This document shows, piece by piece, positions 51,169 through 64,000 of a DNA stretch of 64,000 nt (positions within the stretch are counted from its first letter, which is position 1; each line of letters begins with the position of its first letter). The position numbers and the translations under genes are program-made. The notes beneath the pieces are model-generated. The model saw only the letters and a list, made by a program, of their open reading frames with translations, did not search any database and was not told where the DNA came from. Origin of the DNA: Takakia lepidozioides (taxonomy: Eukaryota > Plantae > Bryophyta); assembly GCA_030704615.1 (NCBI GenBank), contig CM060732.1, positions 60,016,001 to 60,080,000 of the forward strand, given 5' to 3'.

Positions 51169-52470
51169 TAGAGAGAATAGCAACCAACTTAGGCCATTTG
51201 ACTCGTAACCCGGAGGCCTTGGAGAATAAGTGAAGGGCTTTGAGCATCCGGGTGACATTGCTCATTGAGCTATTGTCAATAAGGAGTGTAGTATCATCAG
51301 TGTACAAAGAGGCTTTAATGCTGAAAAGGACGGGAATGACTTTAGGAATCTTCAAACCTTTCATGTCAATGTTCGCCTCGAGCCAAGGACGCTTCGCCAT
51401 GAGTGTGTGAGTCTATGCATGCTCACATGTTGATGACATGGAGTGAACCTAGACGGCCCCTACTTGTTGTATCAATTATTATGTGGGCGACACGCTTTGC
51501 TTCTGCCTCAGGGGGCTAGTGTCAAGGGGGCTAGTGTCAAGGTGCACGATGATCCTGTCCATCTCACTGATCTAGTTCATTTTCAGCTGGTGTTCAATTT
51601 AACTTGCATCAATGTGGAGGGATGCACTATATAATGATTTTTCGTAATTCTGATATGTTTTGTTCCTATTTCATATTCTAATCAATTTCCAGCTTTGTTT
51701 CTGGAATTCAGTCTTGACACTTTGGTGTCTCTAGATCTCTTTGGGAGTTTTGGTAGCATAGGATGTACACCACCTGTACTCCCTGCAAAGGTTTTCCTAT
51801 CCAAGGGTTTTGTCCTTGGCCCACCTTCGTGTCAGAATTTTCCTTGGGAGGTTTTTAATCCTGCAGTGGACTCGGATGTACATCTTGTGGGCTTAATTTT
51901 TACCTCGTGGAGCTCGGGTCTCCAAGGGGGGCTGGTCTTTACATATGTGGAGGCTTGGGATCTCCTTGCCTCATTATTACCTTATTATTCATCCTCAGTC
52001 TCATGACATCAACTGAGAGTGGAAGGTGCTGTAAACAACAAACTTTGCTCATTTATGGTTTCCTACCAATAAAAGCAACTTGCAAAATCTGCCCCTTGCC
52101 TTGCATGCAAGAGGATGCCTTTAGCAAGCGTTGATAAACTCCCAAAAATTGGTGGAAAACTAGTGTGACATGTGAGCCATTTGCAAGCCTAGGAATATTC
52201 AAGCCTCAATATTTGCTTTTGGCCCTATGTCACATTTCACTTGAGGTCATTCATTCATGGAGGCTCTTATTTATGCTAACATCGGTTGACAGCGGCTGAT
52301 ATCCATGGAGGTACCTCTCTTTTAACAGCGCCAACCAATGGGGAGGAAATTTCAACCAAGGGGGAGGGAATTTTCTATTCCAAAACGAAGAATGCTTAGT
52401 GGTCTCATCCGGTTTTCCATGCCTCCGGTTTTCCACACCACCTCATCTAGAAGACTGGTTTTGGCTTCCA

Positions 52471-52756
52471 TGTGGATATGAGAGAGAAGAGCATTCCCAC
52501 TCCTTTCGAACTAATAACAACAACATTCCTCTCCCTGTAGCAAGTATGATACCCAGCAAACGAACAGATGTTGGCTGAGAAAGATTTGCTTGTGTGTGGA
52601 AAAAAGTACTAGAGTCACGTGGATATGAGAGAGAAGAGCATTCCCACTCCTTTCGAACAAATAACCACAACATTCCTCTCCCGTAGCAAGTATGACACCC
52701 AGCAAACGAACAGATGTTGGCTGAGAAAGTTTTGCTTGTATGTGGAAAAAAGTACG
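52471..52756. repeat. 148-bp tandem duplication
   Basis: gtggatatgagagagaagagcattccc...ggaaaaaagtac occurs at ~52471 and ~52619. Confidence 0.9.
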
Positions 52757-54503
52757 TGACTCTCGGGTTGTTTTCTTAGTCCATGCAAAGGTCCATTTAT
52801 CCCACACTTGGTGCGGTGTGATGAGGTGATTGTATAATGTACCTCCACAGAAGGATGGGGCTGATCACTCCCTGCATACCTACTTGACTGAATGTGATTT
52901 GCATCGCAGGCTTGAGGCCATGAGACCTGATCACGCCTCATACAAGTACCACTGGGATCATTCGTCACTGGCAACTGAAACACGGGAGGAACATGACGGT
53001 ACGGGCCAAGCGAGGGCAGAGAAGGGCGCGATTTAGCAGAAACCCCGCCTCCATTGCTCAGCTGAGGTCTGGCTTTGCCTGATATTTTGAACTCGTGTAC
53101 TTTGTCCGTCCTCCCTGAACGCGTGGATCTGTTTTCTTTACCTGAACCAGTAATATTGCTATATCATACTCCGTGTCTGTAAATTCTTGCTTCATAATGG
53201 AGCAGCTCCAGTTCCTTTCAACCAGGATCCCCGAGCAAGTTCTTTCCTATTGCCAATTGAAATGAAAGTTGTAGGGATTCCTTGCTGTTCACAGACAGTG
53301 TTTGTAGCGATCGTTGCTCCAGCTCTTTAGCTTCGGGTAATACCCGATCGTTCATCTTATAAGCTTCAAGTTCAGATCTCTTACAAGGCTTCGTTTCACG
53401 GATAGTTTTACTACTGTAGCGATTGCTGCTTCGGCTCTTTAACAATCTTTCATCACATAAGCTCAAGTTCTTCAGCTCGAAATGTCGAATCCACTCCTAA
53501 GTGATACATCCTGTTCAAGATGTTTCGCTATGACTGGATTCAACTCTTCCAGTATGCACAGTCCCCTGCTGAAGCTCTTAACTTCCTATGGAAGCAGCAA
53601 AAGCTGCGAAGTAAGCGATCTGTGAATCCAAATTTCAAAATCTCCTCGTAAACTTGTTGGCCAAAGCGGTCCGACACTAGCGATTCAATGGTCTTCGCTT
53701 CTCCAAGCTCTGGCTATGGCGGCGTTTCCCACGGGATATTGCCGGTCACCCAAGCTCGGTGACCGGTTACCCTCGGAGGACCATTTTCGGGATGGATGAA
53801 TGAGACCCACGATGATTCCATTTTCGTGGGCGGCCGGTGCCGGCACTACCTATCGCATCCGCCAGACGCTTATGTCGAATAATTATTCGATTTCTATAGA
53901 TGAAATCCGTAAAAATAGAGGAAAATATGATGACTGGGTATAGCCGGTGGTGTAACGCCCGTCCTCTACCGCGAGGGCGAGAATCACCGTGGCAATCACG
54001 GGCCCGACATTCTCGAGCCAGAAACCCAGGCTCGGAGATCGGGCGGTGGAGAAGGGGGGATGGAGATGATCGGACGGCGGAGCGGCGGGGATGCCACGCT
54101 TTGGGGCCATGCGCGCTGTCGAGTCTCCCACTCTATCTCTCGCTCGTCTTTCTGCCTCGCTTCGCGTTGCGCAACCACCGACCCCGCCCTTTTCTATCAC
54201 CAGATCCTGGCAAAGGCGGCACGGATGGAGGCCTGAGCGTGCTGGTGAAGGAGGAGGAAGGCGTGAAGCTTTGCGTGCTGAGAAAAGCTGGGAAAAAGAG
54301 TGAAAGTTGGAAGCAGGTAAGGAGGAGGGATTTGGGAAGTGCAGATTGAGCCGGGGACGTCCTGGGGGAGGGCGTGTAGGCGGGGATTGTGGCGTTCGGG
54401 AAATCTGAAGGGAGGAGGGGAATCGAAGGCATTTGAGGATTTTGTGAGTAACTGTGCAAGATTACAGGGTTTATGAAGCAAGAATGATAAAAGAAGATAA
54501 GAA

Positions 54504-57500
54504 ATGCAACCGACCTTGTCACATGAACTCAAATGCTATGGACGGCGGAACCGCGCGAAGCCCCAGGCTCGCGCTAGTGAACAGAACGTACTTCCTCAAG
54601 TGGAGGATGCAAGGGCTACTCGTGTGGAAGGGTCTGATGCAGTGAGAGTGGAGGTAGATCTTTCTGCGCAGCTGGAAGCATCGCAGGCAGGGCGGGGGTT
54701 ATCGAAGAAAGCCTATGATAAAGCGGGATCGGCAGTAGAGGGGACTAGAATAGGTAGCGATGTGGTCCAAAAGCAAATGCCATTCACAAGAGGAAAGCCA
54801 TGTGGCAGACCTGTGGATATTGGAGGGGGGGAGACCGCCAGAGATGCCTCGGGTAAAGAGGAAGCGATCTTGGAAGGTACGCCATCAAAGGCGCCTGGGA
54901 ATGTTGCAGGCAAGGAAACATTAATTGTGAGAATTTTAGGTCCATCCAGCAATGGTGGTCAGGAGCAGGGACGGAAGAAGGTTGCAGCTAAAGGTGGCCC
55001 AGGTTCACGGAAGACCCGGGCTCAGCTTGCCAAGGAGGAGGCCCAGCGTACTACTGCTGGTGGAGGAGATTCAACCCTTGAGAACGAGGAGGCGGCTCAG
55101 GCACGGAAGATGGCAGCTCTTCGGAGACAAGCACTGGAGAAGCGCCAGTATGAAGACTCCGTGCTTGCCCGGGCAGATGACATCTGGGCGAAGCAAGAGG
55201 TTCCCCTTTCTCTGGCTCTTTAGGTTTATGTCTCTCAGTGTCTGCAATCATCTGGAATTTCTGGAATTTCAGTGTGGTTGCTCTTCTTTTCTCCTCTCCT
55301 TCCCGTCTTCCCTCCCCCTCATGTTGTGAGTTCAAGCTGGACGCTACTCATTGATGTCATTACGGAGGAGAATTCGGTACTCTTGCTGTGTTGGATTTTC
55401 TCCTTGTCTATCGACACATGGGCCTAACATGTAGTGCAACATCCAGGAGCGTTCCTTATGTTCCATGCATGGTTTTTTGGGGACTAGATGTCTGAGTGCA
55501 TTAGAATCTGGTTGTCACAGGTTGCAGCCATAGATCCTGCACCTGATTGGATGGAGTGAGAGAGGGAACATAGGGGCCTCATCATCAGATTAGTAATGGT
55601 TTAGACTACATGGGAGCAGCGGGTTAAAGTCTGATAAATGCTTGTTATATCTGTATCTCCAGTTCCTTGATGCAAACAAAGACAAAAAGGTTCAGCCGAA
55701 AGGAAAGGAGCCTGCACGCTGCAAGACTCACTGGGACTTTGTGCTGGAGGAGATGACATGGCTGGCCAAGGTGAGCCATCCCACTTACAGCTTTTGACTT
55801 TTCCTTGAAGGCTGGGATGAGCAACGGTAGGCTGGGAGTTGAGATCTGAGCTTTTGAAATAGTAAAAGTGAGTTTCTAGGGGGCTAATACTTGGGCTGTT
55901 TAGGTCCAACATTCTTGACTCGGGGTTAGTAGTTATCTAGAAAAGAACCATGCTAGGTGCACTAGTGATGGTGCAGTGGAGGCAAACTAAGCATGTACTG
56001 GTTCAGTTAGTGGTTTGTGGTTGATAACACACACTAGTCTTTTGCCATGGCTTGAAGCTTTAGTGCTTACCTCGAGTGGTTGCTCATTTGTCTCCCTGAG
56101 CTGAAAAACCGTATGTCACACCTGTGATGTAAGGTTTGGCAGAAATCCGCCCTACCCCATGAATAGCCCATTCTGTAGCAGAGAACAATGATGATCATAA
56201 GTTCCTATTCATGGATTGATAGAACACCCAACACCCAATAGAGCTATCTTGTTGGAAGACAAATATAGCAAACCTACTCTGTTATGAGCTTCAGCTCTAA
56301 CCCAATTGTACCGCACCAACTGTGATTTACATTCTAACACTGAATATGGTAAGAAGTCTGGCAGCAAGGCTTCCCGTGGGCTACAAACAGCAAGGTCTAA
56401 TCCAAGTTCAGGACCAATGGAATTAAATTATTTCAATCCGTGTCTGCAACTGACTGTTTTGATCTTGCTAGAGCTATGGATGTAAGGCCCTTTCCATCAC
56501 TTTGCATAAACATCATGTATTACGTTGAGTTGCTGAACTTAAGCATATGCATGCCCAACTACTGGGTGTCTTGGACTTTTTCCATCTTGTACTACTTCCC
56601 GTTTGGTAATAACATATATCTGAGATGATCTGTGTCTGGAGGCCAGCAGATTTCCCAAGCCCTTGTCTGTATTTGAAGCAACGTATCCTCGCTTAATCTG
56701 GTAGGGTTTGTTATGACCGTTTCCTATAAGCCTTTGTTTTGTCCGTTGAGATGATGAACCGCTTGCCCTGCATTTCTCTTCAGAATGAACAGACAACGAA
56801 AAGCAGTTACCATCCTCTCCCTCTCCTTGGGGATTTTAAGGTATCTGTGGGTTGGGCCTATCAGCTACACGTCTCATTCTTTTACCTTCCATCTTTGACC
56901 CTTACTAACTACTTGCGAATAATTAGTGGTTTGTCTAACTATGACAGGATTTTGAAAGAGAGAGGAAGTGGAAGTTAAGCCAGGCCAAGAAGGTGGCCCT
57001 ACGAGTGAGCAAAAGCAAGCTGGATGTTGAGTCTAAAGGCATTCGGCGCCAAAAGGTTGGAGGCTGTTGACAATTACTAAACCTCTCAAGCCTCTGTCTT
57101 CCCTGAAAGTTATTTGTGTTCCAGAGGTAGTTAGAAAGAACTACATATGCAGTATCCTTGAATGATCAGTTAAATCATGGTGGGCACTTTATTGGATAGC
57201 GCGTCTTGCCGCTGGGAAGCACCTCTAAATCATGCAGGCAGTAATTGCGTCCATTCTACCTCTCCTATGTCTGGTTGTGGCTAAGTGTGCCATCCCTTTG
57301 CTCATGGTAGAAATGGATAGGACATGTTAACACAACTGAAATTGTGGGTTGTTCATATCTGTTATCAGGAAGAGGAGCAGCGCATGCGAAGGGTGGCTAG
57401 TAGTATTGCAAAAGAGGTTAAGAAATTTTGGATGAAGGTTGATAAGCTGGTTAGTACCTTTGTCTGCTTCCACCACCCAATTGTTGTGTACAAGTGTTAA

Positions 57501-60500
57501 TGGCTCAACTGCAGTTGACAGTTAGATAGTGCCTCTTATCTGGTCTGGAGCGTTGTGTATGCTGAAGGGTGGAACTTTTATAGCGTGTCTCTAGCATGAA
57601 ATATCCAGAAACTGAACCCCTCGCATCAGGGTTTATGTCTCAGGTTGGGGACGCAAATAGTCATGCAACATGTGGGTAGTTTTTCCCTTCTGAGAATTAT
57701 GTGTAATGAGACCAATGACCAATGAAAGATGTCAGGAGCCCTTGTATTTAACAGTGGTACTGAATATGATATATGGTTTGGTCTTTGATGATTAGGTGAC
57801 ATACAAGCAGCAATTACAGATTGAGGAGACAAAGAAGAAGGCGCTCGACAAGCACCTTGACTTTTTATTGGGACAAACAGAGAGGTCTGGCATCCATGTG
57901 TTTGTTTTTGTCAAATAGAATGCTATGAGATATTTATAGTAGATATCTGTGGACTGGTGGGGTAGATCTCGATTGTATATCCAATAATGTCATTTGATTC
58001 TGTGACCTGGTTGGCGCATTAAATGTTGCGTACCATTTTCTATCTGCTATTTTGAAATATCTTGTGTTGCATGATCTACAAAATAAGTGTCTCTCTCTGA
58101 TGGAGTTTGCTGTGGCAAGAGTCAGGGCTCTCTGTGGCATTGATCCATTTAGAGCTGCAGGGATGCAGTCACCTCCTTGAATCTCTTGGATAGAGAATCC
58201 TTTCTGTGGTTGCACGGGATGACCTTTCTCTGGTGTGGCCCACTCAGAGCTGCACATGTACAGACGCACAACTTTGACAGTCCACTGGGTTTTGTCTGGA
58301 TCATGTGGTCAGGTACTCAACAATGTTGGCCGAAAATCTTGCTGATACCTCCATTGTCCCAGAGCCTCCATCTCTTCTGCTGCTGCCAGCAGTTCCTGTT
58401 GATGGAAGAGGCAGTGCAGCTGGTGGGATGGGGGAGCCGGTGTCCTCCGTTGGCCCAGAGCTGATATCACACTCAGAGTTGGAAACACACTTTCCTTTCA
58501 AAGATTCCACAAGCAGTGGTATGCTGAGGAACAAGGAGAGGGTCATGACTATGGGAATGGAAGGTGGCGACGAAGATTTTATGTTGGATGACGAGGAAGA
58601 ACAGGTGTGGCACTTTTGAACTTCTCCTGTTCTTCTTGTTGTGGATCCCTAGCTTGGGTTCTATGTTATGTTGATTACTTTTTTACTTTGTGTTTTAGGA
58701 ACGTTTTTCACCTGTCCCGATATCCAGTGTATCGAACCGGAGGTCAATGGAGTCAATTTTGTTTTCCAATGCACCTTGTCCTGGCTGGTGGGTCAGTTTT
58801 AAGCAAACCCCGTCAAGCCAGAAGAGTTTAACTTCATTTTGCCAATCAAGGCCGCAGGCTTGAGGGCAGGCAAAACATAACATACTTCCTGGAGTGCATG
58901 GGCTGTGGCATCACAGTGTAGATTAATGTGACCAGTTGATAAGAGGGGACATCAGAAACAAAGATGGGTGGACCCTTACCAGTCCCCTTTAGCCTGGATT
59001 TTGAATGGTTGGTATGCGGTTGTCGGCGTGCCTGTAAGTTCTTCAGGGATCGTAAATTTCCTGTATGTCTGGGAACAATTCTGATTTTGGAGTAACGTCA
59101 AGATTCTTTGCGTATTGCATCAAAGTTTCCCTGTACTTTGGCATGTTCTAGGAGGACGACGAAGCCACACTAGAGGCTGATGAAGCGCTATTTACTGAAG
59201 ATGAGCGGAGAGAGGAACTGGGTGCCCTCCAAAGGGAGAGTGAACTCCCCATAGAAGAGCTTCGCAAGTTGTACGAGAGGAGGGGAGGTTGTCACAACTT
59301 TAATTCCCTCTTCTATCTTCATGTACTCAATCGGTGCTATGATTGTCTGGTCTTCAGCCGTTCTATTTTGAAAATCAGTTCTATCCTTCATGCTTGGGTG
59401 GAAGACTGATATTGCCATCCAGAACCTGAATCTGCTCGTACTATTCCGTCATGTTAGTCGAGGGCAATACGATTGATGTCCTATGTTTCTGGCAGTATGT
59501 AGATATCTTGAGGCATATGTCTGTAAGGGAGGAAGCCGAGAGCCCTCCTAATGCTCAAAACAAAATGGAATGTGCAGACCTACCAGATATTGAGGATGAG
59601 GAAGAGGAAGAAGATGAAACTGAAGGTGATGAAGACAGCGAAAAGAATGAGGAGGACGAAGAGATGGACCTAGGTGACCTAAAGGAGAATATGACCAAGA
59701 ACCTAGAGAAAGATGAGGTTAGAGCTACTCTCACGCTGACAGTGCTTCATGCATCCGATCACCAAGAATCAGGTCTTGGAAGTGAAGTAGTGTTGGATGA
59801 TGAGTTGTTGGATCTCTCAAGACCACTACCAGCGCCTGTTGAGAACCCACAAGCTCGAGGTGGTGATTCGTTTGCCATGTCCAAGAGTCATGCCGCAGAG
59901 CATGTTGCTGCTGGTATTCAGGTATTGGTAGGAAAGGCACAGTCGGATAGGGAAGGGGCAACAGTGGAGCCAGGAAGGGAGGATGCGAAGACTCCAGTCT
60001 CTGGCAGTATTAAACTTGCAGAGGATGTAATGGGAAAGGTAGGAGAGCCATCTTCCAAAGTTGAGGAACCTGGAAAAGTCTATGAGACCGAGAGTATGAC
60101 TGCATGGTTAGAAATGAAGATGGAGAAGTCCACAAGTGAAGACAGAGGAGTTGCAGGTGGTGTCTCGGAGACAGAACAACCTGAGAAAGGTCAAGAATTA
60201 GGTACACTTGTGGTAGATCTTGGGGGCCATCCTTCAGAAGATGAGAAGGAGTTTTCAAGTGAAAAGAGATCAGGGAGACGGGAAATTCTCCTGACCACCA
60301 AGCGTTCAGCTTTGGATGTAATGAGGGAGATGCAGGTAAGGTTTCTTTGCCATTTCCATTTCTTTCTTGTCTATTTGTTGTCGCAGATTTATGTTGGGGT
60401 GCTGTTTAGTGCGCTTAGGGGAACTGTTGCCAGGCATGAATGAAGTGTTTTTAGAGTTGAAGTGTCAAAACTTGTCTACTTCACTTGTGCACCCTGCCCT

Positions 60501-63500
60501 TCATTGGGCATGGACAACAGGGGATAAATGCTGGATCTATGTTCTTTATGGTTTTGAAGCTGGTGGATAATCAACTTGGTACTTTTGGGTCATGTCTCTA
60601 CCTGCTCGGTCCCATTCCCTATGACATCTATTATAATGGAGCACTACACTGTCAGAGCCTATAGGCAGGGTCGTAGTGCTGAGGGTGCTAGGGATGAAGC
60701 GTGTCTTAGTAAGTAGTCAACTTGTCTCTTGCAGGCAGTCTGATTGAGATGAAGCCTCTTTACAAGCGTGGTGTCACCCGTCATACAAATATCGCCTCCT
60801 TCTTCTTGCACGCAGTTTGATTGAGGTCAGGCATGTCTCCTGCAGGATGATGGGGACTACATCCCTGCAGCTATGGCAGATGGGCATGACGAGGTAAACT
60901 TCTGAAGCTTCAGCAGCAACCAGCTCCTTTTATCTCATAAGTTGCAAAGCAAGCAACTTGCTCACGGTATTGTGCATGGAGTTGCATTCTATAGGATGAG
61001 GTTATAAATATTTGACTTGGAGCTATCAGCCATCTGATTTTCGCATCTCCAAATCTGTCGAAATAGCAGTGCATAAGTTTATGTGTGAACTTGATCTTAA
61101 TAGGTCAAGCTCCACCCTGTATTGTATGGATTTGATATCATGTCGGTACTCTCGTATCAGGATGATGATGAAGGGACCCTTGAGGAGGAGGAAAGATTGG
61201 TGAAGGAGGAAGGTGCCGGGGCTGTGAATGAGGTCAGATTGGTTTTTCCCTTTCCTCATAGGAGTTTAGAAGATGAAAGGATAGGAGTTTTGCACATGTA
61301 TGTGTGTGTGTGTGTGTCTGCCTTACTGTCGAGTAGTTCACTAAACCGTGTTGTACCTTAGGGCTTATATAGTTCTATGCAGTCCTTGGAAAGCCACACA
61401 ATGATCCAAAATAGGAGAGAAAAAGGGGTGCCGGTTGATTTGTTAAAGTTGCTTGTATTTTATTATAGAACTTGATAGCAACTTGGTCTGGAAGAATTTG
61501 GCTTTAATTCACTTTCGTGGTATGTACTGTACTTGGCATCGAACTTGTTTCTGTTGGGATATAGATTGACGAATTGAAGCGCGAAAGTGAGATGAGTCTG
61601 GATGAGCTTTTGGCACAGTACAAATATGTGAGCTGACCTCTTTAACTCTACTCCGTTTATGTCACTGATGTGGGAGCAACTTAAATTGAATTTGAACTCT
61701 GTAATATGGGGGCAATAAAACTTCATATTTGGGAATCATTCTTAGATTGATCTTGGAAGCTTTTGAGTAGATGGCAGGTATATTATTGCGGCACGCTGAA
61801 ACTCATGGAAGTTATACTTTCTTTGTTTAATTTTGGACCAGTATCTTTGTTAATGTATCGGATTGACGCCTTTCCTGTTTGTCCAGATGACAGATATGGA
61901 TGACAATGAAGAACACACAGAGTACTCTGATTACAGAGTGGATGATTTTCCAGAGGACCGACGTGACCGGACCAGTGAAGCTGGTACAAGTGGATCCAGT
62001 GATGAAGAAGATGAGGATGATGCTGATGTTGCCGGTGATTTGGCAGAGGCGAAAGAACGAATGGGAGAGCCAAGCACCAGTGGGCGAGACCACTCTCCCT
62101 TGCTTTCAAACAGAATTGGGAAGGGACTGCAGAGGAAGCCTTTTGATTCTCTTGATTTGAAGGAAGAAGCGGTGAGAGGCCATGACCCTGCTGGCAATCA
62201 GAAGGTGAGCTGTCAATAACTGTGTTACTGCTACTACCGTTTTTCTAGTACAATGACAGAGCCAGCTCTGCGTATCTGGTTCATGAAGAGTGTACTTGCA
62301 TGGTTATGGTTGAGTCAGTTCTGGTCTGCAGGTCGTAATCATCTCCTCTTTTGTGATGTGGCCAGACGGATTTGCAAGAAAGTCGATGGAGTGCAGATGG
62401 AGGGAGGGATAAGAATGGTATGATTGGGGACAAAACTATAGGAAATGGGATTACTGGGACCTCTTTGCTTCTGCAAGTGGATGGGGAGGTTGATGCTGAG
62501 ACAGCTGCGGCGGTGGCCAAGGTGACTGAAGCTGCCAGACGGAGAGGAGAAAGAATTGTCATGAGAACTCTAAAAGAAGAAAGAGATGTCCTACTATGTA
62601 GCAAGTCTTCAGTCACAGAGAGGGAAGAGACTGCAGATAGAAGAGGAAGTGATCCGTTTGATGTCAAGGGTCCATTGGCACCCAAACCTTGTGAAAGCGA
62701 GAACAGGGATGTTGATCTTATGCTGAGCTTACCTATGCCAGGTGCACCAGGAGTTGGCAACAATGATCTGAAATGTGAATTAGTCTCCACCAACTCCGAA
62801 GTTGGTGGTTCAGCAGATACATTGATGGAATCCAGAATAGAAGGCTTGGATAAGAAACTTGTGACTGGCAGTGAGCCTAATCCAGCAGGGACATCACTTC
62901 TGAATCATGGAAGTGCAGAGGTTCAAAAACTGGAAGACGTGGAAGAGAGAACAGGTGAAGATAGATTGGCTGACGCTGCTGCAGCTGCACAGTCAGCGCA
63001 GCCCACCGGCTACACGTTTTCCACCACTAAAGTGCGTACAAAGCTACCATTTCTTTTGAAGCACTCTCTTCGGGAGTACCAACATATTGGGCTTGACTGG
63101 CTGGTCACAATGTATGAAAAGCGGCTGAATGGAATTCTAGCGGATGAGATGGGTTTGGGAAAGACAATTATGACAATTTCATTGCTGGCTCACTTGGCTT
63201 GCGAGAAAGGTATATGGGGTCCACACCTCATTGTAGTGCCTACCAGTGTGATGCTCAACTGGGAGACAGAATTTATGAAATGGTGCCCTGCATTCAAAAT
63301 CCTGACCTACTTTGGGAGTGCCAAAGAGCGGAAGCTGAAGCGACAGGGTTGGTCAAGGGCTAACTCATTCCATGTTTGTATCACAACATACAGGCTTGTG
63401 ATCCAGGATGCTAAGGCGTTCAAGCGAAAGAAGTGGAAGTACCTGATACTGGACGAAGCCCATCTAATCAAGAATTGGAAATCCCAGAGATGGCAGACGT

Positions 63501-63676
63501 TGTTGAACTTCAATTCAAAGCGTAGAATTCTTCTTACTGGGACCCCACTCCAGAATGACCTGATGGAGCTTTGGTCCCTGATGCATTTTCTTATGCCGCA
63601 TGTTTTTCAGTCACACCAAGAATTCCGTGACTGGTTCAGCAACCCAATCACAGGAATGGTGGAGGGGCAAGAACAG
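54504..63676 (+). CDS. PIE1: SWR1-family chromatin remodeler PIE1, 5' portion; continues past the window
   Basis: HSA exons 55663-55770 (KTHWDFVLEEMTWLAK), 56948-57055, 57369-57449, 57796-57884 (LDFLLGQTER) and 58313-58604 (YSTMLAENL). Acidic spacer exons follow, then the SNF2 ATPase SAQPTGYTF...LREYQHIGLDWL...GILADEMGLGKT...DEAH...LLTGTPLQN. Donor GT follows 63676. Confidence 0.96.
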
Positions 63677-64000
63677 GTAATGATGTTGTTATGACTTGTT
63701 GAGCTCATTCTCCCTTTGCAGTGTGTTAATACAGAAATTTAACATGACTAGTACAGATAAGAAATCTAAGGACTTCCAGAGACACAGTTATGTAAGGTCG
63801 ATTCTATGCATGGAACGATGCCACAGGCAGCTCTATGGTTCTTCATCTGCCTGAAGGCTCTCATCCCCAGAGCAAGGTTGATTCTCTTAATTTCGAGAAC
63901 TCTGTGATTTGTACAAGTGCCCATTTGCCTTTCACTAATCCTTCGATGATGGATACTGGAATTGAGGATAACGTCAGAATTAGAAGATTATGTAATATAA

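Larger units (their letters stand above)
48545..51400 (-). mobile_element. Second decayed L1-clade LINE of the same family, convergent with the first
   Basis: ASLYTDDTTLL, FSKASGLRVKW, HTLLGHLIGHELTD, FRVHSDILSQARKA are homologous to the + copy. (aaaaat)n tail on the minus strand at ~48550-48577. Confidence 0.9.

Noticed and set aside
50837-51258. Poly-Phe / poly-Lys ORFs
   Set aside because: These are artefacts of the A38 run within a decayed L1.
53883-54532. Overlapping GC-rich ORFs upstream of PIE1
   Set aside because: No recognisable motifs. They are better explained as promoter/5' UTR with an intron (donor CAG|GTAAGG near 54316).

Overview
Eukaryotic land-plant nuclear DNA with spliceosomal introns. 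A non-seed plant, probably a bryophyte, is inferred from the PLS-DYW PPR genes and repeat style. Intact or near-intact genes are a 4-exon class III peroxidase (+), ESCRT-III VPS20 (+), an intronless divergent CDKG/CDK11-like kinase (-), a 3-exon short-chain dehydrogenase (-), a PLS-E-DYW PPR editing factor with a recently expanded, indel-ridden repeat array (-), and the 5' part of PIE1/SWR1 (+, runs off the window). Between about 9.8 and 29.7 kb, the VPS20 3' half, a PPR pseudogene and a downstream block are duplicated. The second copy is scrambled, with two inverted blocks, filler DNA, an F-box remnant and a ~4.8 kb LINE inserted in the DYW domain. That LINE looks neither like plant L1 nor plant RTE (RTEX-like by inference). 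Its ORF1-like region is fused in frame to the endonuclease and contains a tandem repeat whose spacer is inverted in one unit while staying in frame. Other elements are a tRNA-derived SINE family (3 copies, 2 with TSDs), a convergent L1 pair, a Tourist MITE, a likely Helitron, several foldback elements, and a hairpin covering the CDKG start codon. Everything was read by eye and no database searches were run.
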